32,000 nucleotides of DNA from Formosa sp. Hel1_33_131 (GCF_001735745.1 NZ_CP017260.1:2070001-2102000); one strand, 5' to 3'; shown: positions 6,050 to 14,329, counted from the first letter of the stretch. Notes: generated from the letters alone by a model not told the origin. Numbers and translations are program-made.

Positions 6050-7402
6050 ATGAAAATGATGAAGAAACAAATGATGCTGTTACTAATGGTGGTAACTACA
6101 AGCGGTAGTGTTCAATCGCAATCCATAAGCGCTACCCTTACAGCGCATGCAGGGCAACAGATCCGCTTAACAGGATTTAATTATGATGAAAGGTTAGAAT
6201 TGGCAACAACTGTTGCGGATAGTACAGGAAATTTTGTACTTGAGTACCCAAAAGACTATAAAGGAATGGGGGTTCTAAATACCCAAGATAATAATAGTTT
6301 GGTACTGATGCTTACAGAACCAAGCATACAACTAAAAGGCACTCATATAACAGAGTCAGACAGTTTGGTGTATCGCAATAGTAACAACAACACCTTGTTT
6401 TTAAACTATGCCAAAGCACGTGGTATTAGAGAAGCGGCTTGGGTAGCTTTAAAGTATTTGCAACCACTTTACCAAGACCAAAAAGAATTGCAAAACCAAA
6501 CCCAGTTGGCAAACCGAATAACTACAGAAATTGCACGCTTGGAGCAAAAAGACACCGATTTTTTAAAGCAATTAGATGCAGATAGTTATTTGCGTTGGTT
6601 TATACCTATGCGTACGCTGGTAAATGAAATGCCAAAAACCTACAACAAATACACAGAACGCATACCACAAAACATCCAACAGTTTAGAAGTATCGATTTT
6701 AAGCACCCAAATTTTAAAACATCTGGTTTGTTTAAAGAGCTGATAGAAGGGCACTATTTCTTACTAGAAAATATGGGGCAATCCATAGATAGTATTAATG
6801 TGCAAATGAATTTAAGTTCTAAATACCTTATAGACAACTTACAAGAAAATGATAGTTTGTTAAATACAGTATCTAATAATTTATTTAATTATTTTGAAAA
6901 ACGTAGTTTGTTTAAAGCTTCAGAATATGTATCGCTGTATTTATTAAATAATTCCTATGGGGTTTTAGACGCCAATTTAGTGTTGAAATTAGAACGCTAT
7001 CGCAAGCTAAAAGTGGGAGCTACAGCACCCGATATTACTTTTGAAAATAAACAAAAGTTAAGCGATTTGAAAACCAATAAATTAGTAGTGTTTGGTGCGA
7101 GTTGGTGTCCTTCTTGTAAAACCGATGCTTTAGAACTACTAAAACACTATGCTGCTTGGAAAACCAAAAATGTGGAAATTATTTATATCAGTATAGATAC
7201 AGACAAAGCTGCTTTTGAAACCGCCTATAAAAATGCGCCCTGGCAAACGTTTTGCGATTTTAAGGGTTGGGACACAGAAGCTGCAAAAGCGTATTGTATT
7301 TCGGGGACTCCCACCTATTTTTTGTTAGATGAAAACAACAAAATTTTGGTGCATCCCAATTCGGTAGGACATGCCAATGCGTGGATAGATACTAAGTTTT
7401 AA
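6050..7402 (+). CDS. thioredoxin-fold thiol:disulfide oxidoreductase (TlpA/ResA-like) with a long N-terminal domain
   Basis: C-terminal APDITFEN...VVFGASWCPSCK...GTPTYFLLD carries the WCPSC redox motif. An N-terminal signal sequence is present. Confidence 0.85.
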   Translation: MKMMKKQMMLLLMVVTTSGSVQSQSISATLTAHAGQQIRLTGFNYDERLELATTVADSTGNFVLEYPKDYKGMGVLNTQDNNSLVLMLTEPSIQLKGTHITESDSLVYRNSNNNTLFLNYAKARGIREAAWVALKYLQPLYQDQKELQNQTQLANRITTEIARLEQKDTDFLKQLDADSYLRWFIPMRTLVNEMPKTYNKYTERIPQNIQQFRSIDFKHPNFKTSGLFKELIEGHYFLLENMGQSIDSINVQMNLSSKYLIDNLQENDSLLNTVSNNLFNYFEKRSLFKASEYVSLYLLNNSYGVLDANLVLKLERYRKLKVGATAPDITFENKQKLSDLKTNKLVVFGASWCPSCKTDALELLKHYAAWKTKNVEIIYISIDTDKAAFETAYKNAPWQTFCDFKGWDTEAAKAYCISGTPTYFLLDENNKILVHPNSVGHANAWIDTKF

Positions 7403-7493
7403 AGTGATGAGTGATGAGTGATGAGTGATGAGTGATGAGTGATGAGTGATGAGTGATGAGTGATGAGTTGTGAGTGAAAAGAAAATAGAACCT
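7403..7493 (+). repeat. heptad tract: 9 perfect agtgatg units plus 4 degenerate units, starting at the nucleotide after the stop codon
   Basis: The perfect units span 7403-7465. They are followed by agttgtg agtgaaa agaaaat agaacct. Confidence 0.95.
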
Positions 7494-7572
7494 GTCATTG
7501 CGAGATTTCCTGCCGAAGGTAGGTTTACCTACCGGTAGGTAGGCGCAGTGCGGCAATCTGTTTATTAGGAGT
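7494..7572. repeat. solo left arm of the palindromic element, carrying an inserted 16-bp perfect palindrome
   Basis: The arm reads gtcattgcgag ... gcagtgcggcaatctgtttattaggag. The insert contains tacctaccggtaggta at 7526-7541. Confidence 0.75.
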
Positions 7573-7606
7573 TATTTTAAACCGAGTAAAAACAATAATT
7601 AAAATA

Positions 7607-9181
7607 ATGAAAAACAAGAACTTATTTTTAACACTTTGCCTTATGGCAATGACGGTCTTTGGTTTTGCACAAGTGAAAAAAATAGACAACCTACAAGTAA
7701 ATACAACGCTGATTCTACCACTTGTGACAAAAGTACAAATAGAGGCCTTAACTCCTACAGAAGGGTCAATGGTATATTGTACAGATTGTTCCCCGAAGTC
7801 GATTTATATATTTAATGGTTTTTCTTTTATGAGTCTTTCTGGTTCATATCAATTGTCATCCGTTTTTGTATTTACTGCTTTTCCAATAAATAATAAGATT
7901 TATAAAAGAGACAAGGCTCTTAATTCATCTGTAGTGCCAATATCTGGGAGAATTGCTTCGTCGTCTAGTATTAGCAGTATTTCATTAGAAGTGTTCAGGA
8001 ACAATTCATTGCTTTCTACAACAACAGAAGTTCTTAGCAATACAGATAATTTTGGTAATTATACATTTAGCTTTAGCCCAACGATTAATGCAGAACTGGC
8101 AAGTTATAAATTTGTTGTAAAATCGAATACAGGTCAAATCCTAAAGCAAGCAGATAACATCGCTTCAGGAGACATCTATATAGTAACTGGGCAATCTAAT
8201 ATCGTAACTCATAGTTCTAGTGTTGGAACCTTTCCATTTACCAACCCCTACATAAGAACTTTTGCTAGTCCTAACAATTTTACAAGTACCATTACAGTAA
8301 TACGCCCTGCTGCACTTGGTGGCATCGGGTATTGGTTTGCAGAACAGATTGTTACGAATGAGAACATCCCTGTGTTGGTCTTAAATGGCGGTGAAGGAGG
8401 AAGACCTATATCGTTCTTCCAAAGAAACGATAGTGATCCCGATAATACTGCTACCAATTATGGTCAATTATTAACTCGGTATAAGTACGCGGGTTATGAC
8501 CCCACAGATGTCACTTCTATTGTTTGGTATCAAGGTGAAAGTGATGGTTATCAAAGTTTAAGTTACTATACCAATTTATTTGATGCCTTGTACCAAGATT
8601 GGGAAGAAGATTACAACCCGGATAGCTATTATGTTTTTCAGGTGCATAAAGGATGTGGTGTTTCAATTACATCACAGATACCAGAAGCACATAGAGGTTT
8701 GCAAAACACGTATAGTAACCTAACAACGATTTCTACTAATGGGGCTTTACAAGGTTCCGATAATTGTCATTATTACAACACCAATGGATATGAGGTTTTG
8801 GCAGATCGTTTGTATGATATTTTAGATTTTAAATATTACGACGCTACATCAAGCGCTGGAATCTATTCTCCCAATGTGAGCAATGTGAAATTCGGTGATG
8901 CGAGTAAAACAACGATTACATTTCAGCTGGTACCTGCATCTGATACATATACCATGGGAAGTGGTATGGAAGATGACTTTTTAATAGAAAATAGTAGTTC
9001 AACCGTAACAAGCATAAGTCTTAGTGGTAATTTAGTGACGTTAACCCTCTCAACAGCAGCAACAGAAAGTAACGCTAAACTGACTTATTTAGGAGAGTCT
9101 CAGGCAACAGTGCCATATATTTTTAACCAAAACAACAATGGAATGTTAAGTTTTAAAGATGTTTTAATAGGTAATTTTTAG
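7607..9181 (+). CDS. secreted SASA/DUF303-type carbohydrate (sialate O-acetyl) esterase-like protein with a borrowed N-terminal module
   Basis: GDIYIVTGQSN and VWYQGESD motifs fit the SGNH-like SASA family. The first about 65 aa are about 80% identical to the N-terminus of the FISUMP protein. Confidence 0.7.
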   Translation: MKNKNLFLTLCLMAMTVFGFAQVKKIDNLQVNTTLILPLVTKVQIEALTPTEGSMVYCTDCSPKSIYIFNGFSFMSLSGSYQLSSVFVFTAFPINNKIYKRDKALNSSVVPISGRIASSSSISSISLEVFRNNSLLSTTTEVLSNTDNFGNYTFSFSPTINAELASYKFVVKSNTGQILKQADNIASGDIYIVTGQSNIVTHSSSVGTFPFTNPYIRTFASPNNFTSTITVIRPAALGGIGYWFAEQIVTNENIPVLVLNGGEGGRPISFFQRNDSDPDNTATNYGQLLTRYKYAGYDPTDVTSIVWYQGESDGYQSLSYYTNLFDALYQDWEEDYNPDSYYVFQVHKGCGVSITSQIPEAHRGLQNTYSNLTTISTNGALQGSDNCHYYNTNGYEVLADRLYDILDFKYYDATSSAGIYSPNVSNVKFGDASKTTITFQLVPASDTYTMGSGMEDDFLIENSSSTVTSISLSGNLVTLTLSTAATESNAKLTYLGESQATVPYIFNQNNNGMLSFKDVLIGNF

Positions 9182-9274
9182 AAATAAAGTATATTGTATA
9201 TTGATAAATTTTGCAATTGCAATTTCATGAAAAAACTCGAAATGAACGGATAAAAAAAATAAGTATACCAAACG

Positions 9275-9298
9275 GACCCCCTTCTGGGGGGGTGTTTT
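9275..9298 (+). terminator. possible terminator of the esterase gene
   Basis: ccccc ttct ggggg followed by ggtgtttt. The T-run is weak. Confidence 0.4.
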
Positions 9299-9446
9299 AT
9301 ACCCCAGCCCTTAGCGGTCTATTTTACAGCAACCTATAACCTCAAAATGTTATGTTTTTAAAAACCTTTACCAAACATTATGACCTACACCTATTACCCG
9401 CAGCCCATTCCAAAATACTGTTGGGAAATTTAATATGGAAGCCTTT

Positions 9447-9790
9447 TTGGGGCAAGCCAACGCTGCAATCCTACCTTCGGTAGGTAAGCTCATTAAAAGG
9501 ACTCGTAAGTGTTCAACAGATTACTTCGTCCTGCGTCCTCGTAATGACGGGAGTGTATTGTCATTGCGAACGAAGTGCGGCAATCTGTTTATAAGGAGTT
9601 GTATGTGTTCAACAGATTACTTCGTCCTGCATCCTCGTAATGACGGGAGTGTATTGTCATTGCGAACGAAGTGCGGCAATCTGTTTATTAGGAGTTCGAT
9701 GTTCAACAGATTACTTCGTCGTACCTCCTCGTAATGACGGGTGTGTATTGTCATTGCGAACGAAGTGCGGCAATCTATTTATAAAATCAA
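9447..9790. repeat. array of palindromic repeat units upstream of the GIY-YIG gene (about 3.5 units, period 84-96 bp)
   Basis: Left arms gtgtattgtcattgcgaacgaagtgcggcaatctg alternate with right arms cagattacttcgtc(c/g)t(g/a)c(g/c)tcctcgtaatgacggg. tcattgcgaa occurs at 9561, 9657 and 9741. Confidence 0.9.
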
Positions 9791-9795
9791 TAAAA

Positions 9796-10095
9796 ATGCA
9801 AAAATCACATGTATATTTTTTAACAAACAAGAATCATACGGTCATTTATATTGGTGTTACAAGCTATTTATTAAAACGAATCTACCAACACAAAACGAAA
9901 GTATATAAGGGCTTTACTTCCAGATACAATTGTGATCAACTGGTCTATGTTGAGGCTTTTGATAGTATTGTAGAAGCAATCGGTAGAGAGAAACAACTAA
10001 AAGCAGGAAACCGAAAACGTAAAGAAGCATTGATAAATTTAGAGAATCCAGATTGGTTGGATTTAAGTGAGGGTTGGGTGTTCTGTTTTGATTAA
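9796..10095 (+). CDS. small GIY-YIG nuclease-family protein (UPF0213-like)
   Basis: MQKSHVYFLTNKNHTVIYIGVTSYLLKRIYQHK...REKQLK..NRKRK..LI. The ORF-track frame extends upstream into repeat DNA, so the ATG at 9796 is taken as the start. Confidence 0.85.
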   Translation: MQKSHVYFLTNKNHTVIYIGVTSYLLKRIYQHKTKVYKGFTSRYNCDQLVYVEAFDSIVEAIGREKQLKAGNRKRKEALINLENPDWLDLSEGWVFCFD

Positions 10096-10098
10096 CGC

Positions 10099-10688
10099 GT
10101 GTATTGTCATTGCGTCTTTTGTGTATTGTCATTGCGAGCGCAGCGCGGCAATCTGTTCAAAAGGAGTTCGATGTTCAACAGATTACTTCGTCGTACCTCC
10201 TCGTAATGACGGGAGTGTATTGTCATTGCGAACGAAGTGCGGCAATCTGTTTATAAGGAGTTGTATGTGTTCAACAGATTACTTCGTCGTACCTCCTCGT
10301 AATGACGGGTGTGTATTGTCATTGCGAACGAAGTGCGGCAATCTGTTTATAAGGAGTTGTATGTGTTCAACAGATTACTTCGTCCTGCGTCCTCGTAATG
10401 ACGGGAGTGTATTGTCATTGCGAACGAAGTACGGCAATCTGTTCAAAAGTAGTTGTATGTGTTCAACAGATTACTTCGTCCTTCGTCCTCGTAATGACGG
10501 CAGTGTGTTACTTCGTCCTTCGTCCTCGTAATGACGGGAGTGTATTGTCATTGCGAACGAAGTGCGGCAATCTGTTCAAAAGTAGTTGTATGTGTTCAAC
10601 AGATTACTTCGTCGTACCTCCTCGTAATGACGGGAGTGTGTTACTTCGTCCTTCGTCCTCGTAATGACGGCAGTGTGTTACTTCGTCT
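10099..10688. repeat. array of palindromic repeat units downstream of the GIY-YIG gene (about 6 full and several partial units)
   Basis: Same arms as 9447-9790. Left arms are at about 10099, 10121, 10215, 10309, 10406 and 10540. Extra partial right arms (gttacttcgtccttcgtcctcgtaatgacgg) lie near 10505, 10639 and 10677. Confidence 0.9.
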
Positions 10689-10706
10689 TGGTTTTATCTC
10701 AAATTC

Positions 10707-10796
10707 CCGTTCCTTACACGAAACAGTACCTAGGTTACGTCAATGTGCCGTTTGTTACATGACGCTTTTAGGGGTCTGGTTTTATAGCTTTCTTTG
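10707..10796 (+). promoter_or_regulatory. triple direct-repeat upstream site (copy A5) plus -7-like box
   Basis: ccgttccttac at 10707, a degenerate acctaggttac at 10728, ccgtttgttac at 10748. tttctttg ends 38 nt after TTAC, the same box as in copy A4. Confidence 0.5.
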
Positions 10797-10959
10797 TTTA
10801 AGAAAATTAACATAAAAATTAACAAAATATAAATAAATTATTTCTTTTAACTCCATGGTTATAGAAAAGTTATATTAAGAAATAGACCAAAAGAGTGCTA
10901 GAATTAGAAATTATTTTGATGTAGTATAATAGTTAAATTTTAAACAGTATTAAGTTTTG

Positions 10960-11178
10960 ATGTTTAGAGACGGAGAAAGCCATGCATTTGAGGTGTTTGT
11001 TAAAATTCCTTCCATGTATGGTGACACTCTGAATTTTCAGATGGAACATTTAACCCAACCAACTCTAAAACGCGCTGTTACGGGATTTACACAAATAGAT
11101 GAATTTATGAATGATAAAAATAATGAAGCAGGAACTATGGGGCAAGTCCTCTGTACCGCGGGAGCGGGAATAGACTGA
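10960..11178 (+). CDS. doubtful small ORF (72 aa) downstream of copy A5
   Basis: It is the only open frame in 10,800-11,250 and has no recognisable family. It ends ...NNEAGTMGQVLCTAGAGID. It could equally be non-coding. Confidence 0.25.
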   Translation: MFRDGESHAFEVFVKIPSMYGDTLNFQMEHLTQPTLKRAVTGFTQIDEFMNDKNNEAGTMGQVLCTAGAGID

Positions 11179-11251
11179 CTAGACCCTGTTTCGAAAGCCG
11201 ATTCAAAATATTTGATTATAATGGAGAATCGGCACTGCCTGCTTTTGAAAA

Positions 11252-11285
11252 AAGTGAACGCCACGCTAAAGCGTGGTAAATGGAG
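11252..11285 (-). repeat. inverted copy of the boundary hairpin (ttccatttaccacgctttagcgtggcgttcactt)
   Basis: The reverse complement matches 2671-2704 and the metG terminator core. On the minus strand a T-run follows it, so it would terminate leftward transcription coming out of the heptad array. Confidence 0.7.
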
Positions 11286-11575
11286 AAGTGAAAAATGGGA
11301 ATTAGTAAATGGAAAATGGAAAGTGAAAAGTTAATAATGGGAAGTGATGAAGATAAAAGTGAAAAATGGGAAGTAGTAAGCACAAAGTTAAAAGTTAAAA
11401 GTGAAAAATGGGAAGTAGTAAGCACAAAGTTAAAAGTTAAAAGTTAAAAGTGAAAAATGGGAAGTAGTAAGCACAAAGTTAAAAGTTAAAAGTTAAAAGT
11501 GAAAAATGGGAAGTAGTAAGTGGAAAGTTAAAAGTGGAATATGACTTAAGACGAAAAGGGACGTAGGACGTAAGA
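11286..11575 (+). repeat. heptanucleotide array with 42/49/49-bp higher-order repeats
   Basis: gtgaaaaatggg recurs at 11359, 11401, 11450 and 11499. The spacings are 6, 7 and 7 heptads, and the units differ by one agttaaa. Confidence 0.9.
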
Positions 11576-11702
11576 TGAATGCGTATTAAGGCTTACATGT
11601 CTGACCTTTTAAATAATAATAAAGTAATGAACCAGGGTTCAAGATTTTTCACTTTCCGCTTTCCACTTATCAGTTTTTTTCTATAGTTTTAAATTTTGTT
11701 GC

Positions 11703-11710
11703 TACTTTTG
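11703..11710 (+). promoter_or_regulatory. -7 box (TAnnTTTG) for the lacI-family gene
   Basis: tacttttg lies 39 nt upstream of the ATG. Confidence 0.5.
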
Positions 11711-11748
11711 GTTATACTACCTTAGCCTTCATTATTTAAAATGCTTTT

Positions 11749-12747
11749 ATGGCGGGATCAAACATTACCTTAAAACAATTGTCATCTATCTTAGGGGTGT
11801 CTATTTCAACCATTTCCAAAGCGTTGAATGACAGCCATGAGATCAGTGATGTGACCAAAAAACGCATTGTGGAGATGGCAAAGTTGCACAACTATCAGCC
11901 AAATAAAATTGCAGTGGGTCTTAAATCTGGAAAAACCAATACCATTGCGGTGGTGATTCCGAGTGTTCAAAATAGTTTTTTTGCACGGGCTTTGTATGGC
12001 ATTGAAAGTCTGATTTCGGAAACTAATTTTAATATTATTGTGTGTCTCACCAAAGAATCCCATGCCAAGGAAGTGGAAACATTTAATATGTTGTCCAATG
12101 GTGTTGTGGATGGTTTTATAGTGGCGGTTTGTGAAGAAACACAGAGTTTACAAAATTACGATCATTTTACGAATGTGATGGAAAATGGCAAATCGGTTGT
12201 GATGTTTGACCGCGTGATTGATTCTGTAAACTGCGGAAAAGTGACCACCAATGATTTTACAGCTTTGTCCGAAGCCACTCAAAAACTGATTAGTTCGGAT
12301 CGAAAAAACATTGTGTTACTCTCTACAATTCATAAGTTGAACGTTGGAAAACAACGGACACAAGGCTATTTGAAAGCGATGAAAGCGGCTGGTTTTACGC
12401 CTACTGTTTTGGAGTCGGACGAACAGCAGGCAGGTGCCGTGATGGTGGAGTATTTAAATGCCCACCCTGTTGATGCCATTATTGCATTGGACACCGATGC
12501 GTCTTTGGCGGCCTTAAAAGCGGTGAAAATTTCTGGAAAGCAAATTCCAAAGGATGTGGCGGTGATTGGTTATGTTAGCGAGCGTATGGCACACAACCTT
12601 ACGCCAGAATTAACGACGATCAATCAACACAGTTATACGATTGGGAATGCAGCAGCACGCATGATTGTGGAGTCCATCAGAACCAAATCTAAGGAGATTC
12701 AGCAAGTGGTGATCAGTTCTACTTTGTCGGTACGCGATTCGTCTTAA
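11749..12747 (+). CDS. LacI-family transcriptional regulator
   Basis: N-terminal HTH ITLKQLSSILGVSISTISKALND...ISDVTKKRIVEMAKLHNYQPN plus a periplasmic-binding-protein-like sugar-binding core. Confidence 0.9.
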   Translation: MAGSNITLKQLSSILGVSISTISKALNDSHEISDVTKKRIVEMAKLHNYQPNKIAVGLKSGKTNTIAVVIPSVQNSFFARALYGIESLISETNFNIIVCLTKESHAKEVETFNMLSNGVVDGFIVAVCEETQSLQNYDHFTNVMENGKSVVMFDRVIDSVNCGKVTTNDFTALSEATQKLISSDRKNIVLLSTIHKLNVGKQRTQGYLKAMKAAGFTPTVLESDEQQAGAVMVEYLNAHPVDAIIALDTDASLAALKAVKISGKQIPKDVAVIGYVSERMAHNLTPELTTINQHSYTIGNAAARMIVESIRTKSKEIQQVVISSTLSVRDSS

Positions 12748-12760
12748 AAAACAGGATATT

Positions 12761-12937
12761 TCATTTTTCAGTTTCTAATGCCATTTCTTCGGGAGTAACT
12801 TCAATTACTTTTCCATTCTGGGAAATTACTATGGGCGTTTTTTTAAACTTCTTAAATTCAATCATTTTTGTATGCGCAATCTTCAACCCTTTAGTAACTT
12901 TAGCCTCTAAATCAGATAATTCTTTTTTAATTGTCAT
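12761..12937 (-). CDS. small hypothetical protein (58 aa)
   Basis: The start is taken at MTIKKELSDLEAKV. The longer GTG-initiated frame in the ORF track runs through promoter-like DNA. Its 5' end is duplicated at 14242-14295. Confidence 0.45.
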   Translation of the reverse strand: MTIKKELSDLEAKVTKGLKIAHTKMIEFKKFKKTPIVISQNGKVIEVTPEEMALETEK

Positions 12938-12971
12938 GATATGTTGTTTTGTTACTCTGATTGTGTTCTTA
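12882..12971. repeat. 90-bp direct repeat, copy 1 (5' end and upstream region of the small gene)
   Basis: Matches 14240-14329 at an offset of 1358 bp with only a few mismatches. Confidence 0.9.
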
Positions 12972-13129
12972 GTTGTTGTAAATATAAAAAATCTATATTT
13001 CGTTAGCAAATGCACTTTAGAGACGAAGTAGAAATTGATAAATTCATTCTAAAAAAACTTTTTGTTTTCGAGTATTCTATGATTACAAAAATTGTTATTT
13101 ATACGAGGGCTTTACTTCTCACAAAATCC

Positions 13130-13137
13130 TATATTTG
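13130..13137 (+). promoter_or_regulatory. -7 box (tatatttg) for rhuM
   Basis: The same tatatttgatac word as the parDE promoter, 64 nt upstream of the ATG. Confidence 0.5.
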
Positions 13138-13200
13138 ATACAATAAAACATAGACTATCTTTATCTTATGGAAAGATAATAACTTAAGAATAATAAACTT

Positions 13201-14183
13201 ATGCAATCAGAAATTATCATTTATCAAACTGAAGATGGGCAAACTAAAATACAAACACGTTTAGATAATGAAACGGTATGGCTCACCATAGAACAATTGA
13301 GTGAATTATTTCAAAAATCACGTTCTACCATTAATGAACATATTTTAAACATTTTTAAGGAAGGAGAACTTGAAAAAGAAGCTTCAATGAGAAAAATCGG
13401 AATTTCCGATTTTTCTACCAAACCAACCAATATATACAACCTTGATGTGATTATTTCAGTAGGCTATCGTGTAAAATCTCACAGGGGAGTACAGTTTCGT
13501 AAATGGGCAACCGCACGACTTAAAGAATATATCATCAAAGGTTTTACAATGAATGATGACCTATTAAAAGAAGCAGGAGGAGGTAATTATTTTGATGAGT
13601 TGCTAGAACGAATCAGAGATATTCGCTCATCTGAAAAAGTATTTTGGCGTAAGGTATTAGATATCTATGCAACCAGTATTGACTACGATTCACAAGTAGA
13701 AGAGTCAAAAACTTTTTTTAAGACCATTCAAAATAAAATGCACTGGGCAGTCCATGGCAATACTGCATCCGAAATTATTTATAAACGAGTAAATGCCAAT
13801 GCCAAGCAACTAGGATTAACCAATTACAAAGGAGAAAAACCAATTAAAAGTAAACGGAAATTGCAAAAAATTATCTTAATAATGAAGAACTCGATGTCTT
13901 AAATCGAATTGTTACTGCATATCTTGAAATCGCAGAGTTACAAGCTTTGAATCGCAAGCCTATGTATATGCACGATTGGATTGTACGTCTTGATGATTTT
14001 TTAAAAATGACAGGAAATAAGGTGCTTGATAATGCAGGGAGTGTTAGTCATAAAAAAGCCATTGATAAAGCACATGGCGAGTATGAAAAATTTAAACAAA
14101 AGGCTAAAGAAGCTTTAAGTAAGGTAGAGGAACATTTTATCAAACAAATAGATGCTACAACAAAACAGTTAAAGAAAAAATAA
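13201..14183 (+). pseudogene. rhuM: RhuM-family virulence-associated protein gene, disrupted by a 1-nt frameshift
   Basis: ORFs 13201-13902 and 13947-14183 are the N- and C-terminal parts of one RhuM-like protein. The IAKNYLNNEELDVLNRIVTAYLEIAELQALNRKPMYM frame opens right after 13854-13857 (aaacgg), which is consistent with the loss of one base. Confidence 0.8.
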
Positions 14184-14239
14184 ACTTTCTTTTGTATAAG
14201 GATCGTTTAATGAAGTGCTTTAAAGAGAATACTAAATAT

Positions 14240-14329
14240 TTTCACCCTATAGTAACTTTAGCCTCTAAATCAGATAATTCTTTTTTAATTGTCATGATAT
14301 GTTGTTTTGTTACTCTGACTGTGTTCTTA
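14240..14329. repeat. 90-bp direct repeat, copy 2 (contains a truncated 17-codon copy of the small gene at 14242-14295, minus strand)
   Basis: The minus strand reads MTIKKELSDLEAKVTIG-stop. Confidence 0.9.

Noticed and set aside
9447-10688. Possible CRISPR array (regularly spaced repeats)
   Set aside because: There are no unique spacers. The sequence between 'repeats' is itself the complementary arm of the same element, the period varies (84-96 bp), partial arms occur, and no cas genes are present.
9435-10815. ORF-track frames 9435-9734, 9640-9795 (the upstream part of the GIY-YIG frame), 10067-10531, 10398-10664 and 10531-10815, which encode CHCERSAAIC / STDYFV.PPRNDGSVLSLRTKCGNLF peptides
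   Set aside because: They are translations of the palindromic repeat arrays. The repeated peptide text simply follows the DNA repeat, the frames overlap each other, and only the GIY-YIG core from the ATG at 9796 looks like a real protein.
10800-11260. Possible tmRNA, RNase P RNA or a riboswitch in the ORF-poor region
   Set aside because: I could not find the diagnostic motifs: no tRNA-like 5' GGGG...3' T-arm/ACCA pairing or tag ORF, no AGGAAAGTCC-type P4 sequence, and no known riboswitch core. It is left as an unassigned region.
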